From the NCBI GenBank assembly GCA_963789265.1, contig CAWBKB010000003.1:672001-736000 (forward strand): DNA of 64,000 bases, given 5' to 3'. The DNA comes from an uncultured delta proteobacterium. Its GTDB lineage: Bacteria > Desulfobacterota > Desulfomonilia > Desulfomonilales > Desulfomonilaceae. Position 1 is the stretch's first letter. Each line of letters opens with the position of its first letter. The translations under genes were made by a program, and so were the position numbers. The notes under the pieces are model-generated. The model did not search any database. It was not told the DNA's origin and saw only the letters and a list, made by a program, of their open reading frames with translations. Positions 62,217 to 64,000 of the stretch are shown here, piece after piece.

Positions 62217-64000
62217 TTATGAAGCCGCTTCCAGGAGTGAATCGATCTCCTGGAACACTTGATCGTCTCTGAAATGTTGTAGCTCTATTGCCTTGCCGGG
62301 ACACACAGAAGAGCAGATCCCACAACCCTGGCACAGAGCCGCTAAGATTTCCGCCTTATGTTCCTCAGTTATGCGGGGCGCGCCGTAAGGGCACAGCCTG
62401 ACGCAGGTCAGACATGCCGCGCATTTTGAGGGATCGACCTTGGAAATAACTCCCGGGAATGTCAACTGCTCCTGACTGAGCAGGATCGACGCTCTTTGGG
62501 CAGCCGCGGTAGCCTGAGCTATAGACTCATCAATCGGCTTGGGATAGTGAGCCAGCCCCGCGAGGAATACTCCTTCAGTGGTGAAGTCCACAGGACGCAG
62601 CTTCATGTGGGCTTCCATGAAATATCCCTGTGAATTCACCGTCACCTTGAATAGCTGCCCCATTTCCTTATTGGATTCCGCAGGATCGATGGCTGCAGCC
62701 AATACAAGTAGATCGGCGGGGATCTTGATGTCCTCGTCCAACACCGGATCATGGACCACAACGCTGACCTTATCCCCTTGAGCTTCCACTTGAGGCTTTG
62801 CCTCGGGGTCATATCGCACGAAGATTGTCCCCGCGCGCCGCGAATCTGTATAGAACTTTTCGAGAAGTCCGTAAGTTCGCAAGTCTCTATAGAGAATGTA
62901 CGTCTTTACACCAGGGCTGATCTCTCTGAGGCGCTCGGATAGACGTACCGACCCCTGGCAGCATATCTTGGAACAGTAAGGACGTTCCTCGCAACGTGAC
63001 CCCACGCATTGGATGAACACCGCGGTCTTGACATCTTTGAGCTTGGGATCGCCGGCCATAATTCGCTCTTCAAGTGAATGGTGAGTCTCAACGGCTGGAT
63101 GCTCTCCGTACAGATACTCTTTGGGCTTGGATTCAACTGCGCCCGTGGCAATGATAGCCGCTCCGAACTCAATGTCGCGAGGAGACTCGCTGTCACCGCT
63201 AATTTTCCCTTTGAAATGGCCTACATGCCCTGACAAATCAGAAAATGTCGACTTCTTGAATACCTCGATTTTCGGATGTGACTCCACCTTCGTAAGAAGA
63301 TCGGCCAGAAACGGCTTGACTTCTTCTCCGTGGATGGTCTTTTCAATAGAAAGGGCGTTCCCGCCAAGCCGGTCGCTCTTTTCGGCCAGATAAACCTGGA
63401 ACCCCTGATCTCCCAAGTTCAGAGCAGCACTCAGGCCCGAAATGCCGCCGCCCAGGACGAGAGCGTTGGGGACGACATCCATCTTGGATTTTTGCAACGG
63501 CGCCAAAAGCCGGGCTCTCGATACAGCCATTCTGGCCAGGTCCATAGCTTTATGAGTGGCTTCCTGTTTGTGCGTTGCGTGGACCCATGAGCACTGATCA
63601 CGGATATTGGTCATCGTGAAGAGGTACGGGTTCAGGCCGGCCTTCTCCATGGTAAGCTGAAACATCGGCTCGTGCGTTCTCGGACTGCACGCAGAGACCA
63701 CAACCCGATTCAGATTGTGTTCTTTTATAATTTCAAGGAATTGTTCCTGGGTATCCTGAGAGCATGTGAAGAGCCGTTCCTCGGCGAATACCACGTTCGG
63801 AAGGGTCTTCACGTGTTCGACCACCCTTGGAACGTCTACCACGTTGGCAATGTTAATTCCGCACCGGCAAACGAAAACGCCTATGCGCGGCTCTTCTCCC
63901 GAAACATCGCGCTGCGGAGGAAATACCTGCTTGGTGGTCAGTGAGTTGCGTGCAGAGGCCAGCAGTCTCGAAGAAGCACCTGCGGCTGCCGAGGCTTCCA
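62217..64000 (-). CDS. hdrA: Second large HdrA/HdrL paralog (5' part outside window)
   Basis: Frame open to edge: EASAAAG..EPRIGVFVCRCGINIA, ACSPRTHE, CSKICC, ferredoxin motifs. Confidence 0.9.
   Translation of the reverse strand, partial: EASAAAGASSRLLASARNSLTTKQVFPPQRDVSGEEPRIGVFVCRCGINIANVVDVPRVVEHVKTLPNVVFAEERLFTCSQDTQEQFLEIIKEHNLNRVVVSACSPRTHEPMFQLTMEKAGLNPYLFTMTNIRDQCSWVHATHKQEATHKAMDLARMAVSRARLLAPLQKSKMDVVPNALVLGGGISGLSAALNLGDQGFQVYLAEKSDRLGGNALSIEKTIHGEEVKPFLADLLTKVESHPKIEVFKKSTFSDLSGHVGHFKGKISGDSESPRDIEFGAAIIATGAVESKPKEYLYGEHPAVETHHSLEERIMAGDPKLKDVKTAVFIQCVGSRCEERPYCSKICCQGSVRLSERLREISPGVKTYILYRDLRTYGLLEKFYTDSRRAGTIFVRYDPEAKPQVEAQGDKVSVVVHDPVLDEDIKIPADLLVLAAAIDPAESNKEMGQLFKVTVNSQGYFMEAHMKLRPVDFTTEGVFLAGLAHYPKPIDESIAQATAAAQRASILLSQEQLTFPGVISKVDPSKCAACLTCVRLCPYGAPRITEEHKAEILAALCQGCGICSSVCPGKAIELQHFRDDQVFQEIDSLLEAAS

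Noticed and set aside
49943..64000. Class II benzoyl-CoA reductase (Bam) or Qmo cluster
   Set aside because: No BamB-like tungsten subunit, membrane QmoC or aprAB within the window; cannot be excluded upstream

Overview
A 64-kb chromosomal window from an anaerobic deltaproteobacterium; gene content and repeat style suggest Desulfomonile-like/Desulfobacterota (inferred, not database-verified). The left and middle parts carry housekeeping and metabolic genes: yggS-maf, FKBP, a tal-pgi fusion, dnaX with SRP RNA, truA, pdxST, rplU-rpmA-obgE-proB, two hsp20, def-fmt-htpX-rsmB, lipA, leuB and rnj. The right 15 kb is a large minus-strand heterodisulfide-reductase-like (flavin-based electron bifurcation) cluster: hdrA/L(partial)-hdrC-hdrB-hdrL-mvhD-hdrD-hdrA'-hdrA''-mvhD-fdhB-like. 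Three of its genes have an in-frame TGA at a conserved Cys position followed by a SECIS-like hairpin, i.e. three selenoproteins that the ORF track splits. Intergenic DNA contains a layered repeat system: about 7 families of MITE-like shells with terminal inverted repeats, carrying interchangeable REP-like hairpins, nested insertions with 4-bp target duplications, and a 17-bp mini-palindrome found in several host repeats. Also present are a reverse-transcriptase 3' remnant, orphan antitoxin-like genes and a candidate structured ncRNA upstream of lipA. Twelve frameshifts in 11 genes are all +1, most likely long-read insertion errors rather than true pseudogenes. No CRISPR array, rRNA or tRNA was seen.
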